From Bdellovibrionota bacterium (lineage in GTDB: Bacteria; Bdellovibrionota; UBA1018; UBA923): a stretch of DNA of 12,318 nt. A program made the translations under genes and the position numbers. Shown piece by piece: positions 1 to 9,577 of this stretch (positions are counted from its first letter, which is position 1; each line of letters starts with the position of its first letter). The stretch spans positions 1 to 12,318 of the forward strand of contig JBFMCE010000105.1 in NCBI GenBank assembly GCA_040754655.1. The letters run 5' to 3'. The notes below the pieces were generated by a model that ran no database searches, was not told the DNA's origin, and saw only the letters and a program-made list of their open reading frames with translations.

Positions 1-58
1 TGATGGGGGGTTTTTTCAGCGGAGCAAGGGCTTGTCCCTTCGTAAATACTGTCGCCAT
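1..58 (-). CDS. 5' fragment of a probable MaoC-family (hot-dog fold, HadB-like) dehydratase; runs off the window edge
   Basis: Not in the ORF track. ATG at 58 lies 3 nt after the stop of the upstream gene, preceded by AAGGG. It reads MATVFTKGQALAPLKKPPI..., which resembles the 'G..LP.L.KPPIT' N-terminus of MaoC dehydratases that pair with MaoC_dehydrat_N proteins. Confidence 0.6.
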   Translation of the reverse strand, partial: MATVFTKGQALAPLKKPPI

Positions 59-61
59 TGT

Positions 62-460
62 TTACCCTTTGACAATAATGGTGCTCGAACACTCGACGCA
101 GACTTCTGAGTCCTGATCGATCAGGTTCGTTTGAAAAACGTAGATGCTCATCTTGCCGCTTCCGCCAGACTTCTCTATTTGGCTCGCGACGAAAGTTTCG
201 CCCCTGTAAGTTTGATCCGGCCTCAATTCCTTGATGAACTTGTACTTTTGCTCGCCATGCAAAACTTTCTGCAACGGGATATTCAACTTCTTCAATGCTT
301 CAAACTCGCCATTTCGAAAAATGGTCGCAAGCGTCGGTGGAGCCAGCGGACGGAAATCTTGGCTCCAATCGGTCGCCTCAAAAAACAACTTTGCCTGCGC
401 GAATGGCACCGATGCCTCGAAGATAGCGATGGGATCTGTTGGGTCTAGTTGCGTCGTCAT
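62..460 (-). CDS. MaoC_dehydrat_N / FAS1-like dehydratase domain protein (HadA-like)
   Basis: 132 aa with APPTL, VLHGEQKYKFIKELRP and KSGGSGKM..YVFQT motifs typical of this hot-dog family. ATGA overlap with the oppA-like stop. Confidence 0.8.
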   Translation of the reverse strand: MTTQLDPTDPIAIFEASVPFAQAKLFFEATDWSQDFRPLAPPTLATIFRNGEFEALKKLNIPLQKVLHGEQKYKFIKELRPDQTYRGETFVASQIEKSGGSGKMSIYVFQTNLIDQDSEVCVECSSTIIVKG

Positions 461-1992
461 TTGGTGAATACGATGTCTCGAAAATAAACGTAGTTCAAGG
501 GATTAATCACGAAGTTCTTCACCTTGGGATTCAGGAGGTAGACCAGTGAGTCAAAATACAAAGGAACGATCACGGCCTCGTCTACCAATAAAATTTGAAG
601 CGCTTCCTTGTACAAGCGAGTGCGCTCTGCGCCTTCATTCAACGAGGCTGCTTTCTTCACGAGCGCGTCGTACTTCTCATTTTGCCAACCAGTTCTGCTG
701 TTTCCCGAGGTCGAAAGAAAAACACTCAAAAAACTATCAGGGTCGGCGTAATCAGCTCCCCAGCATCGGTGATAGAGGGCGCCAGTCATGAGCTCAAGTT
801 GGGTGCGGAACATCTTAAACTCAGGGGCTTGCAGTCGAAGCGCTAGGCCCATGTTCTTCTTCACCTGATCTTGCAGGTATTGGGCGAGCAACGTGTTTTC
901 ATCGCTTGCATAGGTGAAGAGTTCGATTCCGCTCAATGTCGTCGGATCAATGCCCACCTCTTTAAGCTTATTTTTCGCTTCGACTGGATTGAAGCTGATT
1001 CCGATGTTTTTTCCTGCCGGGAAAAGCGATTCCGGAACCAAAGTATCCGTATGCTGAATCGAATGGTGCATCACTTTCATGAGCTTTGACTTGTCGATCG
1101 ACATGGCGAGCGCTTTGCGAACCTTCGGCAGGTTGAAGGGATACTTCTTGGTGTTGATGTTGATGTAGCAATTCCTGTAGTACGGATCGACATGGAACGA
1201 GGGTTTATCGCTGAATTCCTTTACTTCCAGGAAGTTGATCGGACGCACAAAGTCGAGTTGCCCTGTTTTGAACAGGTTCAGCGCCGTGGAATCTTCATTG
1301 ATGATGGGCATGACCACCGTATCGACTTGCGGGGGAGGGCCGTAATACTTCTCATTTCTCTTAAGGGTGATTTGCGCCTGAGGTTGGTATGAAACCGGGA
1401 TATAGGGGCCCAAGACCACGACGTTACCCGGTCTTGGCCAATTCACCCCGTGTTTTGCGACCACGTCTTCACGCACCGGAAACGTGATCCAAAACGTGAG
1501 GATTTGCAAAAAATAACCCACAGGTTTTTTGAGTTTGATTTGGATTGTATACGGGTCAAGTGCCTTTACGCCGACAGAATCAAAGTCATTGCTCTTGCGC
1601 GTATTGAATTCTTCGGCGCCCTCGACGTCAAAGAGCATGTAAGCGTAAGGGGCCGCCGTGAGAGGGTCAAGCAGCCGCTTGAATGAATAGATGAAATCCG
1701 CGGCTTGCATTGATTTGCCGTCAGACCACTTCACGTCATTTCGAAGTTTAAAGGTATAGGTTTTTCGGTCTTTTGAGATCGTCCATGATTTGGCGAGCTT
1801 AGGCCTAATCTTCATTTTGCGATCTGACTCGACCAGCCCCTCCATGATGTTCATGACGATGGGAGTTTCCATCGAGGTGTGAGCGAGATTCCAATCCAAG
1901 GTCTGAGGATCCGCGATCAACCGCATCCGAAAGGTCGTCTCAGCATGGGCAAAAGAATAAGTGACGAGGAAGAAGGTTAGTAAGGTTCGCAT
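457..1992 (-). CDS. oppA: Peptide ABC transporter substrate-binding protein (SBP family 5, OppA-like)
   Basis: 511 aa. Signal peptide ends in AHA. Motifs DPQTLD, EGLV, LAKSWTIS.D.KTYTFKLR..VKWSDG, GPY, WGADYADPDSFL. Confidence 0.9.
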   Translation of the reverse strand: MRTLLTFFLVTYSFAHAETTFRMRLIADPQTLDWNLAHTSMETPIVMNIMEGLVESDRKMKIRPKLAKSWTISKDRKTYTFKLRNDVKWSDGKSMQAADFIYSFKRLLDPLTAAPYAYMLFDVEGAEEFNTRKSNDFDSVGVKALDPYTIQIKLKKPVGYFLQILTFWITFPVREDVVAKHGVNWPRPGNVVVLGPYIPVSYQPQAQITLKRNEKYYGPPPQVDTVVMPIINEDSTALNLFKTGQLDFVRPINFLEVKEFSDKPSFHVDPYYRNCYININTKKYPFNLPKVRKALAMSIDKSKLMKVMHHSIQHTDTLVPESLFPAGKNIGISFNPVEAKNKLKEVGIDPTTLSGIELFTYASDENTLLAQYLQDQVKKNMGLALRLQAPEFKMFRTQLELMTGALYHRCWGADYADPDSFLSVFLSTSGNSRTGWQNEKYDALVKKAASLNEGAERTRLYKEALQILLVDEAVIVPLYFDSLVYLLNPKVKNFVINPLNYVYFRDIVFTK

Positions 1993-2014
1993 ACTGCTCT
2001 ATTTACCAGCAGTG

Positions 2015-2305
2015 TTATGGAATGACGACAGCAATGTCACCATGCACTTTGGACTGGCAAGAAAGGCGTGACTCCGTTGTGCGACCGTCTTTGTATTCGA
2101 GGCGTTCGCTTTCCTCTTCATCCATCACAGAAAGATTTGCGGCGCCCTCTTTCACGTAAATATGGCACGTTGTGCAAGCGCAGAAGCCACCGCAGGCGTG
2201 ATTAAGGTCCACTTCGTTATCGAGCGCAGCGTCAAGAATCGTTTGCCCGTCTGCGACCTCGGTTGTCTTTGCAAGAGAGATCCAATGGATTTTATGACGC
2301 TTCAT
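2015..2305 (-). CDS. fdx: ISC-type [2Fe-2S] ferredoxin (96 aa)
   Basis: HACGGFCACTTCH...RLSCQ cluster motif. Start moved from 2449 to ATG 2305 (MKRHKIHW), 10 nt after the iscA stop. Confidence 0.92.
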   Translation of the reverse strand: MKRHKIHWISLAKTTEVADGQTILDAALDNEVDLNHACGGFCACTTCHIYVKEGAANLSVMDEEESERLEYKDGRTTESRLSCQSKVHGDIAVVIP

Positions 2306-2315
2306 GAGCCAAGTC

Positions 2316-2645
2316 CTAGACCGAAAATGAAGTTCCGCATCCACAGGTGCGTTTGGCGTTGGGATTGTTGAAGCTGAATCCCGTGCCTGAAAGGCCGCCG
2401 CTGTAATCGAGTTCGGTCCCGGCGAGGTACAGGTAGCTTTTAGGGTCAACTACCACTCTGACGCCGTCGCGTTCAAACACTTTGTCTTCGGGACGGGGTT
2501 CTTTGGTTTCAAAATCGAGCTTGTACGACATGCCTGAGCATCCGCCTCCGATCACCATTACGCGGATGTGAGAGTTTTTAGCTGAAGGGTCCGCTTCTTT
2601 AAGTCGCTTGATTTCATTTACGGCGTTGTCGGTCATGTTAATCAT
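2316..2645 (-). CDS. iscA: A-type Fe-S carrier (IscA/HesB family)
   Basis: GGGCSGMSY and NPNAKRTCGCGTSF motifs. ATGA overlap with the iscS stop. Confidence 0.93.
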   Translation of the reverse strand: MINMTDNAVNEIKRLKEADPSAKNSHIRVMVIGGGCSGMSYKLDFETKEPRPEDKVFERDGVRVVVDPKSYLYLAGTELDYSGGLSGTGFSFNNPNAKRTCGCGTSFSV

Positions 2646-3832
2646 AGATTACTCCTTAGATCTGTTTGAGCGAATTTCCAAGTCTGAGATTCTTCCCTTA
2701 ATTTTTGAACAGCTTCTTGAATACAATGTGCCGTCAATTCAACTTCTTCCAGTGTCGTAAATCTTCCGAGCCCCAATCGAATCGTTCCCCGGGCAAAGGG
2801 TTCTGAGAGTTTGATCGCTTTCAAAACGTGCGAGGGTTCCGCTTGGGCTGAAGCACATGCGCTTCCCGAGGATGCCGCGATGTCTCTCATCGCCGAAAGG
2901 ATCGAGCCACTTTCAAGAAACGCGAAGCTTAAGCTTAGGTTATTGGGCAGTCGATTGCTTAAATCTCCATTCACCTGCACTTGGGTCAGCCCAGCCAGAA
3001 CCCTTGCCTGCAGTTCGTCACGCAATTCTCCGATGCGAGCGGATTCCACTCGGCGAGACTCCAGGCAAAGCTGCGCCGCCTCTCCTAAACCAATGATGCC
3101 AGGCACATTCAGGGTGCCTGAGCGAATGCCGCGTTCATGCCGGCCTCCGTGCGTTTGAGGTTCGAGGCTCACTCGAGGCGAGCGGCGGCGTACATAAAGA
3201 GCGCCTACACCTTTTGGCCCGTATATCTTGTGCGCGCTCAGCGAAAGAAGGTCGATCCCTTCCGCATTAACATCATGTTCAATCAAACCCACGCTCTGTG
3301 CGGCATCGGTATGAAAATAAATGCCATGTTTTTTAGCAATTTTTCCGATCTCGCTAACAGGCTGGCGCGTTCCGATCTCGTTGTTGGCCGAAAGGACCGA
3401 GATCATGAAAGTGTCTTTTCCAATAGCGCCTTCAAGCTCCTCAAGATTGATTCTTCCAAGCGTATCAACGCTCAAATAAGTGACCCTGAAACCTTGGGTC
3501 TCAAGATAGCCACAAGTTTCTAAGACTGATGAGTGTTCGACTTGCGAGGCGATGATGTGCCCTGTTTTCCTCTCTCGCGCCGCACCAAGCAGGGCCAAGT
3601 TATTTGCCTCGGTCGCACCGCTGGTGAAAACGATCTCTTGCGGGTGAGCCTTGATCAAAGAAGCTACTTGCAGTCGCGCGGTCTCGACGGCTTCTTCCGC
3701 CTGCCACCCGAAAGCATGAGTGCGGCTTGCTGCGTTGCCAAACTTTTCAGTGAAAAAAGGAAGCATCGCTTCGAGCACCCGAGGGTCAACAGGAGTTGTT
3801 GAGTGGTGGTCTAGGAAGACCGGAAGTTTCAT
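2642..3832 (-). CDS. iscS: Cysteine desulfurase, group I (396 aa)
   Basis: FLDHHSTTP, FGNAASRTH, FTSGATEANN, SAHKIYGPKG (PLP Lys), RSGTLNVP, SSGSAC (catalytic Cys). Start at ATG 3832 has a GGAGAGGA RBS and an ATGA overlap with the Rrf2 stop. Confidence 0.95.
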   Translation of the reverse strand: MKLPVFLDHHSTTPVDPRVLEAMLPFFTEKFGNAASRTHAFGWQAEEAVETARLQVASLIKAHPQEIVFTSGATEANNLALLGAARERKTGHIIASQVEHSSVLETCGYLETQGFRVTYLSVDTLGRINLEELEGAIGKDTFMISVLSANNEIGTRQPVSEIGKIAKKHGIYFHTDAAQSVGLIEHDVNAEGIDLLSLSAHKIYGPKGVGALYVRRRSPRVSLEPQTHGGRHERGIRSGTLNVPGIIGLGEAAQLCLESRRVESARIGELRDELQARVLAGLTQVQVNGDLSNRLPNNLSLSFAFLESGSILSAMRDIAASSGSACASAQAEPSHVLKAIKLSEPFARGTIRLGLGRFTTLEEVELTAHCIQEAVQKLREESQTWKFAQTDLRSNL

Positions 3833-4329
3833 GGTTCCTCTCCGCTTGCGCCAAATACGACAGAGTCGTACGCACTTGCCGTCGAAGAATCGAATTCGAT
3901 TGAACGGGGAAGTGCTGCGCGGGTCAATTCTTCCACAGATATACGATTCAGGAAGTCGTAAAACCGGGTATTTAATGCCGACATCATAGATTTGATGTTG
4001 CAGTTCGTCGTGTATTCGCATGACGAATCTTTTCCATCGCATTCTTGCAAACAACTGACAATGGATACTGGTCCTTCCATAATGCTCAGAAATTCGGCAA
4101 AATTTATCCCTTTAAGATCGCGCGCCAGAATATATCCACCCCGCGTTCCATAGGTTGAGGTGATGACGCCTTGTTCTTTTAAACGTTGCAGGGTCTTAGC
4201 AAGAATCTCGAAGGGCAGTTGAAACTTTTCAGAGATCTCTCGAGCACTTGTAACTTCGCCATTTGTTTTTGAACGAATATAACTGAGCGCCATAAGTCCG
4301 TACTCGGTTGATCGGTTGAGCTTTAGCAT
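3829..4329 (-). CDS. Rrf2-family transcriptional regulator (IscR/SufR-like Fe-S sensor)
   Basis: TEYGL, SAREIS, S..G..GGY.LAR, EGP and Cys93/97/104/110. It is the first gene of the isc-like cluster, with a GAGGA RBS. Confidence 0.9.
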   Translation of the reverse strand: MLKLNRSTEYGLMALSYIRSKTNGEVTSAREISEKFQLPFEILAKTLQRLKEQGVITSTYGTRGGYILARDLKGINFAEFLSIMEGPVSIVSCLQECDGKDSSCEYTTNCNIKSMMSALNTRFYDFLNRISVEELTRAALPRSIEFDSSTASAYDSVVFGASGEEP

Positions 4330-4364
4330 GGGGTTTCCTCAAGCGTTATTACGCTAAAATCACT

Positions 4365-4389
4365 AAATGCGACTTTTATTATCGTACTT
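4365..4389. promoter_or_regulatory. Degenerate second copy of the putative Rrf2 operator
   Basis: TGCGAC-N7-ATCGTA (4368-4386) matches the TACGAT-N7-ATCGTA core of the 4456-4492 palindrome. It lies ~35 nt upstream of the Rrf2 start. Confidence 0.55.
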
Positions 4390-4455
4390 GTTTTGGAATT
4401 CGAAAACAATCGTTTTTATCATGCAAAGCGTTAATATTAAAGGTAATTTCTCCCC

Positions 4456-4492
4456 CCTTTTATATACGATAAAATTTATCGTATATAAAAGG
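4456..4492. promoter_or_regulatory. Perfect 18-1-18 inverted repeat, probable Rrf2 operator
   Basis: CCTTTTATATACGATAAA-A-TTTATCGTATATAAAAGG. The central 25 bp has IscR type-1-like geometry and overlaps a candidate minus-strand promoter TTGCCT-N18-TATCGT (4495-4466). Confidence 0.7.
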
Positions 4493-4512
4493 CAAGTGCA
4501 AATTTGAAGGCT

Positions 4513-4542
4513 TTGACTTCCGGCGTAAATAATGATTAATAT
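4513..4542 (+). promoter_or_regulatory. Candidate sigma70 promoter of the rpsU operon
   Basis: TTGACT (4513-4518)-N18-TAATAT (4537-4542), followed by a strong RBS GAGGAGGT (4563-4570). Confidence 0.5.
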
Positions 4543-4578
4543 CGAGCACTTATTTGCCAAGTGAGGAGGTGATGTCGC

Positions 4579-4782
4579 ATGCCAGGAGTTCGCATTAATG
4601 AAGGCGAATCTTTTGAGAACGCACTGAAACGATTTAAGAAACAGTGCGAGAAGGCTGGAATTCTTTCTGAGGTTCGTAAACGCGAGTCTTACGAAAAACC
4701 TAGCGTGAAGAAAAAGAAGAAAGCACTTGCTGCTCGAAAGAGGGCTCTCAAGAAGATTCGTAAGTCATCACCAAGGGATTAA
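4579..4782 (+). CDS. rpsU: 30S ribosomal protein bS21
   Basis: [33 protein letters not shown] motif, strong RBS, canonical position. Confidence 0.97.
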   Translation: MPGVRINEGESFENALKRFKKQCEKAGILSEVRKRESYEKPSVKKKKKALAARKRALKKIRKSSPRD

Positions 4783-4790
4783 TTACACTT

Positions 4791-5240
4791 ATGGCGACAA
4801 TCAAAGAGCGCATTTCTGAAGACATGAAAGCCGCGATGAAGTCAGGCGAGAAAGCCAGGCTCGGAGCGATTCGCATGCTTCACTCTGCCATTCGAAAAAA
4901 AGAAATTGATGATCGCATCGAGCTTGATGACGCAGGCGTGATGAAGATCATTGGTTCTCTCGTCAAACAACGACAAGATTCGATAGACCAGTTTAGGGCT
5001 GGAGGCAGGGAAGATTTGGTTGAAAAAGAAACTGCCGAGCTTCAACTCTTGCAAGGCTACTTGCCTGCGCAGATGTCGCAAGAGGAACTTGTTCGGATTG
5101 TTGAAGCATCGATCCAAGAGGCTAACGCAAAGACGCAGAAAGACATGGGTGCCGTCATGAAAGTGCTCATGCCGAAAATTGCGGGGCGTGCAGACGGCAA
5201 GTTGGTCAACCAACTCGTTCGAGAACGATTGTCTGCGTAA
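4791..5240 (+). CDS. yqeY: GatB/YqeY domain protein
   Basis: DMKAAMKS, KQRQDSIDQF..GGREDL, YLP.Q, KDMGAVMK, GRADGK motifs. Conserved position after rpsU. Confidence 0.93.
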   Translation: MATIKERISEDMKAAMKSGEKARLGAIRMLHSAIRKKEIDDRIELDDAGVMKIIGSLVKQRQDSIDQFRAGGREDLVEKETAELQLLQGYLPAQMSQEELVRIVEASIQEANAKTQKDMGAVMKVLMPKIAGRADGKLVNQLVRERLSA

Positions 5241-5242
5241 AA

Positions 5243-5869
5243 GTGTATTCAGTTCAGGTTGAACGAGGGCGAGACTTGGTTTCGCCCTCGTTTTTTGATC
5301 GAAAGACTCTAAAGGTTGCCAGAGATCTCTTAGGACGAGAAATTATTAGGCAAGTGGGTCCGTCGTGGTTGCGGGCGCGAATTGTAGAAACTGAAGCTTA
5401 TTTGGAAAAGGATGATCCCGCGGCCCATTGCAGTAGGGGGCCGACGCCAAGAGCCAAGGTGATGTTTGGACCGCCCGGGGTTATTTACGTTTACTTCATC
5501 TACGGAAACTACTTCATGCTCAATTTCGTAACGGAAAAAGAGGGCAAAGCAGGAGCCGTGTTGATACGTGCCGTAGAGCCCGTTGAGGGAATTGAAACGA
5601 TGGTCCAGTTGAGGGGTATTCGGTCAGAGGTTTTGCGGGGAAGAAGTCTTTTACAGCTGACCAATGGCCCGGCGAAGCTCGTGCTTGCGCTGGGTATTGA
5701 CGGGAGTTTGAATGGAAAGCCTTTGGCTCTGCCTCATTTAGCAGTGGCCCGGGGTAAACCCGTAGCGGACAAGGATGTCGTGGTTACTACTAGAATTGGA
5801 ATTAATGTTGCGAAAGAGCTGCCTTATCGATTTTACGAGAAAGGGAACCCTTTCGTAAGCAAGTTATGA
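5243..5869 (+). CDS. mpg: DNA-3-methyladenine glycosylase (MPG/AAG family); exact start uncertain
   Basis: VARDLLG, IVETEAY, D.AAH, MFG..G..YVYFIYG, GAVLIRAVEP, NGPAKL, RIGI motifs. Confidence 0.9.
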   Translation: MYSVQVERGRDLVSPSFFDRKTLKVARDLLGREIIRQVGPSWLRARIVETEAYLEKDDPAAHCSRGPTPRAKVMFGPPGVIYVYFIYGNYFMLNFVTEKEGKAGAVLIRAVEPVEGIETMVQLRGIRSEVLRGRSLLQLTNGPAKLVLALGIDGSLNGKPLALPHLAVARGKPVADKDVVVTTRIGINVAKELPYRFYEKGNPFVSKL

Positions 5870-7734
5870 CAGATTTTATAAAACAGCTCAAAGAGCAAAT
5901 CAATGTTGCCGAGGTTGTGGGTGAATATGTTCGTCTGAAAAAGACGGGTTCAAACCACATGGGGCTGTGTCCCTTCCATGCTGAGAGATCTCCATCTTTT
6001 TCGGTCTCTGAGAAGAAGGGAATCTACCACTGCTTTGGTTGCCAACGCGGCGGCGATGCGATTTCTTTCGTTCAGGAAATTCAGGCGGTCTCTTTTCATG
6101 AGGCGGTTCGTATTCTTTGCTCGAAATACGGCATTAAGATTCCGGCCGAGTTTTCTTCAAAGAGCGCTCAGAGGAACGAGAAAAACGAAGATAAGTTTGA
6201 GATCTATTACAAGCTCAATCGATTTGTCGCCCAGTTCTATCATGAGAAACTCTTGGGTAGCGAGGGTAAAGAGGCGCGCGATTACCTTAAACGACGCGGC
6301 ATCCTCGATTCGACGGTGAAGACGGCATATTTAGGCTATGCATCCGCAGAATGGGCGGAGTTGCATGATTTCTTGAAGTCAAAGAAGGCTCCCCTGGATC
6401 GCGCCGAAGAATTGGGTTTGATCAGGAGGAAAGCGACCGGCGCGGATGCATCAGGCCGACTGCACTACGACTTGTTCCGCGATCGCGTCTTGTTCCCGGT
6501 GACTGATACCAAGGGAAGAGTGGTCGCTTTCGGCGGAAGAGCGTTGCATGATACTGACGGCCCTAAGTATTTGAATTCGACTGAAAGCCCTGTTTTCAAA
6601 AAGGGCTCGCAACTCTTTGGGCTTTTTTTCGCTCAGAAAGACATCCGAGCCGAAGACACTTGCGTTGTAGTCGAGGGCTTCATGGACTGCATCAGCCTTC
6701 AACAAGCAGGAATTGGTTATACGGTTGCAACTCTGGGTACGGCACTTTCTGAAAAACAGGTCGCGGTCTTGAAAAGGTTCACTAAGAACATTGTTTTGCT
6801 CTTCGACGGCGACTCCGCTGGTAAAGAAGCTCAAGCCAGAGCGATGGAAGTGTTTCTTAATGAGGACCTGGTGGTTCGAGGCGTGAGCCTGCCGGATGGT
6901 CTCGATCCCGATGAGTTTGTTCAAGAACGAGGGGTCGATGAGCTCAAGGCGCTTATAAAGAATGCTCCGTACCTTTTAGACCAACGCATTTTAGAACTTG
7001 CCAGCCAAGCTGGAGCTCATTCTGAAGAAAGAGCTCGAGCTGTAGACCAAGTCCTTCCTTGGGTAGCGAAGATCTCATCTGACACGGCAAGGTTGGTTCG
7101 CCTTCAAGAGTTGGCCGGTTTATTTGATGTCGGTTTTGAAGCGCTCAACAGAAGGCTCGGCGAGCTTCTTCCTCAGACGCAGAAACGACCACAGACTCAA
7201 CCTGCTCCAGCGATCCGCCACCTTCTTAAAGCGAGGCCTGCCGCGGGGGTTCCGTTGCTCGATCCACTGGATGTTCGTGTAGTGGAATGCCTTGTACGAT
7301 ATCCCGAATTGTTTAGTCAAATGACCGACTTTGATGGCATACTCAGTGGGCTTGAATCAGAGGTAGCTAAGAGTCTTGTCGAGAGTCTTATTAAAGAACT
7401 CAAATCCAAATTGGATTGGGATGCGGTTGGACTGCTTGATCGAGTCGGTGGCACGGTCTTTAGGCCAATAGTGACACGCGCGCTTCTTAGCGCTGAAGAA
7501 GACCATTCGAAAGTTCTCAACGAAGAAGAACGCCAGGACCTCGTCAGAGAACTGGGTGATTTAGAGCGCAAGTTGGTTCGCCGCGGACTGGAACGTCGGA
7601 AAGAGCGCCTTCGGGCCGTATTGCTCAAGGCAGACGGGTCAGGCGAAACGAACGAATATAAAAGATTGATGAACGAGTATAACGAGCTTGTGAAGCGATT
7701 GGATGAGACCAAAGGAGGTCAGGTAAACTTATGA
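5866..7734 (+). CDS. dnaG: DNA primase
   Basis: CHC2 zinc finger CPFH...[30 protein letters not shown] and FDGDSAG, DPDE. Confidence 0.97.
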   Translation: MTDFIKQLKEQINVAEVVGEYVRLKKTGSNHMGLCPFHAERSPSFSVSEKKGIYHCFGCQRGGDAISFVQEIQAVSFHEAVRILCSKYGIKIPAEFSSKSAQRNEKNEDKFEIYYKLNRFVAQFYHEKLLGSEGKEARDYLKRRGILDSTVKTAYLGYASAEWAELHDFLKSKKAPLDRAEELGLIRRKATGADASGRLHYDLFRDRVLFPVTDTKGRVVAFGGRALHDTDGPKYLNSTESPVFKKGSQLFGLFFAQKDIRAEDTCVVVEGFMDCISLQQAGIGYTVATLGTALSEKQVAVLKRFTKNIVLLFDGDSAGKEAQARAMEVFLNEDLVVRGVSLPDGLDPDEFVQERGVDELKALIKNAPYLLDQRILELASQAGAHSEERARAVDQVLPWVAKISSDTARLVRLQELAGLFDVGFEALNRRLGELLPQTQKRPQTQPAPAIRHLLKARPAAGVPLLDPLDVRVVECLVRYPELFSQMTDFDGILSGLESEVAKSLVESLIKELKSKLDWDAVGLLDRVGGTVFRPIVTRALLSAEEDHSKVLNEEERQDLVRELGDLERKLVRRGLERRKERLRAVLLKADGSGETNEYKRLMNEYNELVKRLDETKGGQVNL

Positions 7735-9515
7735 CGAAAGCATCCCAAGGAATTGTGGCTGCTGCCAAATCCAAAGAAGTGAAGAAGATTTTGGAATTGG
7801 GTGTTCAGCGCGGGTTTCTAACCTATGAAGAGATTAATGATCTTCTTCCTCCGGATATTCTTGATTCGAGTCGCATCGATGAAATCATGCATGTTCTGAC
7901 TGAGAACGACATCGATGTAGTCGATTCAGTCAAACGCGGTCGTGAAGATGACGAAGGCGATGAAGACGAAACGGAGGAAGTTGAGGAAGAGGTAGAAGGA
8001 GTCGCCGCGGCCGAAGAGGCCTCTCGTAGCACTGATCCGGTGAAACTCTATCTCAAGAAAATGGGCGCTGTTTCGCTTCTCACTAGAGAGGGCGAAGTCG
8101 AGATCGCCAAGCGCATCGAGCAGGGTGAGATCGAGGTTCTTCGGGCTCTGCTTGCGACGCGTGAAGGCGTTGCTTCGATGCTTGAGCTTGAAGAGCGCAT
8201 GGAGAGCGGCAAGCTCAAAGTAAAAGACGTCATTCGCGGTGTTGACGAAGAAGTGAACATGGATGACGAGAAGATGTATTACAACAAGATCATGTCCGCT
8301 CTTGGTAAACTGCGCCAATTCGCGGGTTTGCAAGAAAAGATTTGGCCTAAGATTGAAGACAAGAAACAGCCGCCCAAGGTTCGCGAGAAATCGGTTCAAG
8401 AACTAGAAAAGGCGCGTGAGAAGATTGAAGAAGTGCTGAAAGACGTAGCATTCAACAGGAAGTCTATCAACGCGTTTTCTTACAAGTTGACAATCTGGTA
8501 CGAGCGCCTCAAAGACCTCAAAGAAGAAGAAAAGAAAATCTTCGATTTCTTGGAAGTCGCGGATCAAAAAGATTTCCGCGCCCTGGTGAAGAAATTCACC
8601 GCGGGTGGAAATGAACGTTTCCAGCTTTTAAGGTCGCTCGACACTTCAGAACAAAAGATCGATCAACTGATCAAGCAAGAAGAAGACATCTTGCGTCGTC
8701 GAGCGAAGGTCGAAGTCGAATGCACGATGGCTTACGATAAGCTTGAAAAATTGTATTACGCGATTTCATCGGGCGAACGAAAGGCGGATCTCGCAAAGAG
8801 CGAGCTTGTTGAAGCGAACTTGCGCTTGGTGGTCAGCATCGCGAAGAAATACACCAACCGGGGCTTGCAGTTCTTGGATTTGATCCAAGAAGGCAATATA
8901 GGCTTGATGAAAGCCGTCGACAAGTTCGAGTACCGTCGTGGTTATAAGTTCTCAACCTATGCTACGTGGTGGATTCGCCAGGCGATCACTCGCGCGATCG
9001 CAGACCAAGCACGCACGATTCGTATTCCAGTGCACATGATCGAGACGATCAATAAGTTGATCCGCACCAGTCGCCAGCTTGTTCAAGGATTGGGACGCGA
9101 GCCGACGCCAGAAGAGATCGCCGCTAAGATGGAACTTCCAGTTGAGAAAGTCAGAAAGGTTTTGAAGATCGCGAAAGAACCTATTTCGCTCGAGACTCCG
9201 ATCGGCGAGGAAGAAGATTCATACCTTGGGGATTTCATCGAAGATAAAAAGATCATCTCTCCTGCAGAGGCGGTGATGAGCATCAACCTTTCTGAACAGA
9301 CGCGTAAGGTTCTGGCAACGCTCACGCCTCGTGAAGAGAAGGTCTTGCGCATGCGCTTCGGCATCGGTGAAAAGTCAGACCACACTTTGGAAGAAGTAGG
9401 GCAAGACTTTTTCGTGACTCGTGAGCGTATCCGTCAGATCGAAGCTAAGGCTTTGCGCAAGCTTCGTCATCCGAGCCGCGCGAAGCTGCTGAAGGCTTTT
9501 GTCGACGGAAGTTGA
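7731..9515 (+). CDS. rpoD: Primary sigma factor RpoD
   Basis: Region 1.1, [53 protein letters not shown], region 4 [32 protein letters not shown]. Confidence 0.98.
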   Translation: MTKASQGIVAAAKSKEVKKILELGVQRGFLTYEEINDLLPPDILDSSRIDEIMHVLTENDIDVVDSVKRGREDDEGDEDETEEVEEEVEGVAAAEEASRSTDPVKLYLKKMGAVSLLTREGEVEIAKRIEQGEIEVLRALLATREGVASMLELEERMESGKLKVKDVIRGVDEEVNMDDEKMYYNKIMSALGKLRQFAGLQEKIWPKIEDKKQPPKVREKSVQELEKAREKIEEVLKDVAFNRKSINAFSYKLTIWYERLKDLKEEEKKIFDFLEVADQKDFRALVKKFTAGGNERFQLLRSLDTSEQKIDQLIKQEEDILRRRAKVEVECTMAYDKLEKLYYAISSGERKADLAKSELVEANLRLVVSIAKKYTNRGLQFLDLIQEGNIGLMKAVDKFEYRRGYKFSTYATWWIRQAITRAIADQARTIRIPVHMIETINKLIRTSRQLVQGLGREPTPEEIAAKMELPVEKVRKVLKIAKEPISLETPIGEEEDSYLGDFIEDKKIISPAEAVMSINLSEQTRKVLATLTPREEKVLRMRFGIGEKSDHTLEEVGQDFFVTRERIRQIEAKALRKLRHPSRAKLLKAFVDGS

Positions 9516-9550
9516 TCGATCGGATCGCGCGTGGATTGATCTTTTTATTT
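9514..9550 (+). terminator. Possible intrinsic terminator after rpoD
   Basis: GATCGATC/GATTGATC stem (8 bp, one G-U, 12-nt loop) followed by TTTTTATTT. A second weak hairpin lies at 9553-9574. Confidence 0.4.
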
Positions 9551-9577
9551 GCCTGTGCGAATTTTTTTGCGCAGTAA

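Noticed and set aside
2306..2449. N-terminal extension of the ferredoxin
   Set aside because: It overlaps iscA in another frame. The ferredoxin fold begins at ATG 2305.
3833..4054. N-terminal extension of IscS in the ORF track
   Set aside because: It overlaps the Rrf2 gene. Homology, the RBS and the ATGA coupling all point to ATG 3832.
4363..4560. 65-aa minus-strand ORF in the divergent intergenic region
   Set aside because: It spans AT-rich promoter/operator DNA and has no recognisable motif, so it is likely spurious.
7940..8000. GAA/GAG-rich low-complexity tract
   Set aside because: It encodes the ordinary acidic linker after RpoD region 1.1.
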